A DNA stretch of 64,000 bases, from assembly GCA_002104905.1 (NCBI GenBank), contig MCFE01000035.1:1-64000 (forward strand), written 5' to 3'. Both the position numbers and the translations under genes were made by a program. Each line of letters opens with the position of its first letter. Positions within the stretch are counted from its first letter, which is position 1. Source of the stretch: Basidiobolus meristosporus CBS 931.73 (taxonomy: Eukaryota; Fungi; Basidiobolomycota). The notes under the pieces were generated by a model. It did no database searches and was not told where the DNA came from. It saw nothing but the letters and a program-made list of their open reading frames with translations. Below, in pieces: positions 62,012-64,000 of the stretch.

Positions 62012-62935
62012 CTCTACAAAAAATGATTATGATGATCCCATCATAAGGCCATCACAAAACTAAAGTCTCATGAGTAAGAGGTATTGACTCTGTCAGGATA
62101 ATGTGCAAAGCCCTTGAAACATAATCGACTGGATCATCCACTTTTGACCTTCATCTAACACTTGAGATAACAGCTGATGTCTTGTTGGTTATTCTTTGCG
62201 GCTATATTGGAATTCAATCAGTTCTGGGCTGATGCCATAGATTGGTGAGAACTGCAGCTTTTTTCTTACACTTACCTCTCTCTGGCTTGGCTGGGCCCTT
62301 TCTTCCTTACATTTATATATATTAATGCCAACTCTTTTACTGTGACTTTGACTGAGTGCCTCATGTTTTATATTCTGTTTTCTTCTTGCCAAATGTTGCA
62401 CTGGTGAACTGGTATTTGCCTGCTGGTCCCTTGCTAGCACTCTCCTAGTAACCTAATGTTTCTTAGCTACTAGCTTGGAGTTATCAGCCCTGCTTATGAC
62501 AGGTTCTTTAGAGAGCAGCAAGTTTTTAGCACTGCTAAGTCTTACCAAGTACTTCTTGTAATGTACTTTCTTTTCTCCTTGATGAATGTGGCACTAATGA
62601 ATCCATTTATGCCTGCTTGTCCCTTGCAGGCACTCTTCCAACAACCTGACATTTCTTTGCTGCTTGTTTAGAGTATCCAATCCATCTTATGACAGACTTC
62701 TAAGAAAGCTGCTGGTTTTTATTACTGTCAAGTCCTTTGCTGCTATTGTCAAAAAGTGCTCATGTATTGAACCACTTTTTTCCTTGATACACAATGCACC
62801 GATGCCTCTGTTTTGGCCTGCCTAACCCTTACTGGCACTTTTCTGGCTATCAGACATTTCTTTGCTGCTTGTTTGGAGCTTTCAGACCTGCTAGTGACTA
62901 GCTCTTGAGGAAGTTACTGTTTTAGCTATTTCACC
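62012..62935 (-). mobile_element. Truncated CACTA-like remnant: terminus plus accessory-ORF fragments
   Basis: GATGATCCCATCATAAGGCCATCACAAA terminus at ~62031; 62160-62935 is homologous to 47680-48150. Confidence 0.6.
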
Positions 62936-64000
62936 TGTTACAAGTCTTTGTACAAGAGTTGTAGAGGAATAGGGAGTTTAGCTAGTATTGTATTAACTAA
63001 AACTTGAACTGCTTTTTATTGAGGTTCCAGCAGCACCTTATATACATTTTGCCAGATCAATTGCTGACTAATTGTATTTCCTAATGTAGGTTGTGGCTGA
63101 TGACTCATTTGATTGCATCATCATCACCCAATAAGATCCTACTTAATATATCTATTTCTGTCTGATAAGGGTCTGCTGATTCATTTGCTGACTAATGCTA
63201 CTGATTTGATAGATAATACTGATATACTAATAACCTAAACATATACTATTTGATTTGACTAAAAACTGATCTAACTTAAACATTAATGCGGCAGATCATA
63301 ACATACTCCCCTACCAAAGTTGAGAGGGTTCTCCTGAATCTCTTTTCTTGTGATACCAGTATCTTGATGGTTCAGTATTATCAGCAAGTCTTGCAAGCTT
63401 GAGTCTGTCCCTATGCACTAAGTCTTCCCAGATATTGCCTTGTTTGTCTACCAGTTGGTAAGTTGCAAATTGACATTCTCTGAAGATCTTGAATGGTCCT
63501 GTCCATTGTGGCTCAAACTTCTTCCAAGTGTTGTTTCTTAGCAATACAAAGTTCCCAACTGTCAATGCTTCTGATGCTATAGTCTTATCAAATCTCTGCT
63601 TCATCTTTTCTGCGCTTTGAGATACTTTGGTCTGTGCCTCTTGACATCTTTGTTTCAGTTGTTGGTGTCTACTTGGCTGACTGAGTTCATCTTCTAAGGT
63701 GTCTGTAAGTTTTGGTTGTGTGAGATCTCCTGGAATCCTTGGTTCACATCCATAAACTAAGTAAAATGGTGATTGCTGGGTGGTGTTGTGTACTTTGACT
63801 CTGCATGCAAAGAGTGCTTGGTCTATATACTCATCCCATCTACTGATAACTCCATTTCCATACTTGGTCAGCATTTTTCCAAATAATCCATTAAACCTCT
63901 CAGTGACTCCATTAGTTCTGGGGTGATATGCCAAGGTTTTCAAGTGTCTGATCTGCTGCATATCCAGGTAAGCCTCTAATGTCTTTGCCATAAAGTTTGC
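62936..64000 (-). mobile_element. 3' end of a Ty3/gypsy retrotransposon: integrase C-terminus, PPT and 3' LTR
   Basis: ORF 63311-63991 with YHPRTNGVTERFNG, SPFYLVYG, WTGPF and VHRDRLK; purine tract at ~63304-63312; 368-bp LTR 62936-63303 with TGTTA...TAACA ends. Confidence 0.9.

Noticed and set aside
22800-64000. RIP as the cause of TE decay
   Set aside because: The observed changes centre on CpG; CpA remains abundant and long ORFs survive.
1-64000. tRNA, rRNA or other structured ncRNA genes
   Set aside because: None recognised by eye; the only tRNA-related sequence is the 12-nt PBS. tRNAscan-SE/Infernal would be needed to exclude them.

Overview
Eukaryotic DNA, most likely from an early-diverging fungus. 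This is an inference from the short GT-AG introns (about 55-80 nt), a GT10 fucosyltransferase, HP1, and a primer-binding site matching fungal tRNA-iMet. The window has three compartments. (1) 1-~4250: CpG-depleted repeats, dominated by a head-to-tail array of 5'-truncated non-LTR (LINE-like) RT copies. Each copy ends in one conserved 3' module (TGGCTTCTTT...AAATAAAGATTTCACC-loop-GGTGAC) followed by a telomere-like CCCTAA tail. (2) ~4260-22800: a CpG-normal gene island. It holds an SDR oxidoreductase, a GT10 fucosyltransferase with a C-terminal TM helix, a 20-aa Arg/Tyr/acidic tandem-repeat protein, SRP68, an internally deleted ZW10 relic, V-ATPase subunit d, HP1/Swi6, an alpha-arrestin and GID4. 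(3) ~22800-64000: a CpG-depleted nested transposon block. It holds several copies of one Ty1/copia family (349-350 bp LTRs, half-tRNA-iMet PBS), CACTA/CMC-type DNA transposons nested in each other, solo LTRs of a second family and the 3' end of a Ty3/gypsy element. The most interesting candidate system is the LINE array, whose RNA would end in a telomerase-template-like sequence and appears to have been added serially onto DNA ends. All coordinates, alignments and translations were read by eye and no database searches were run.
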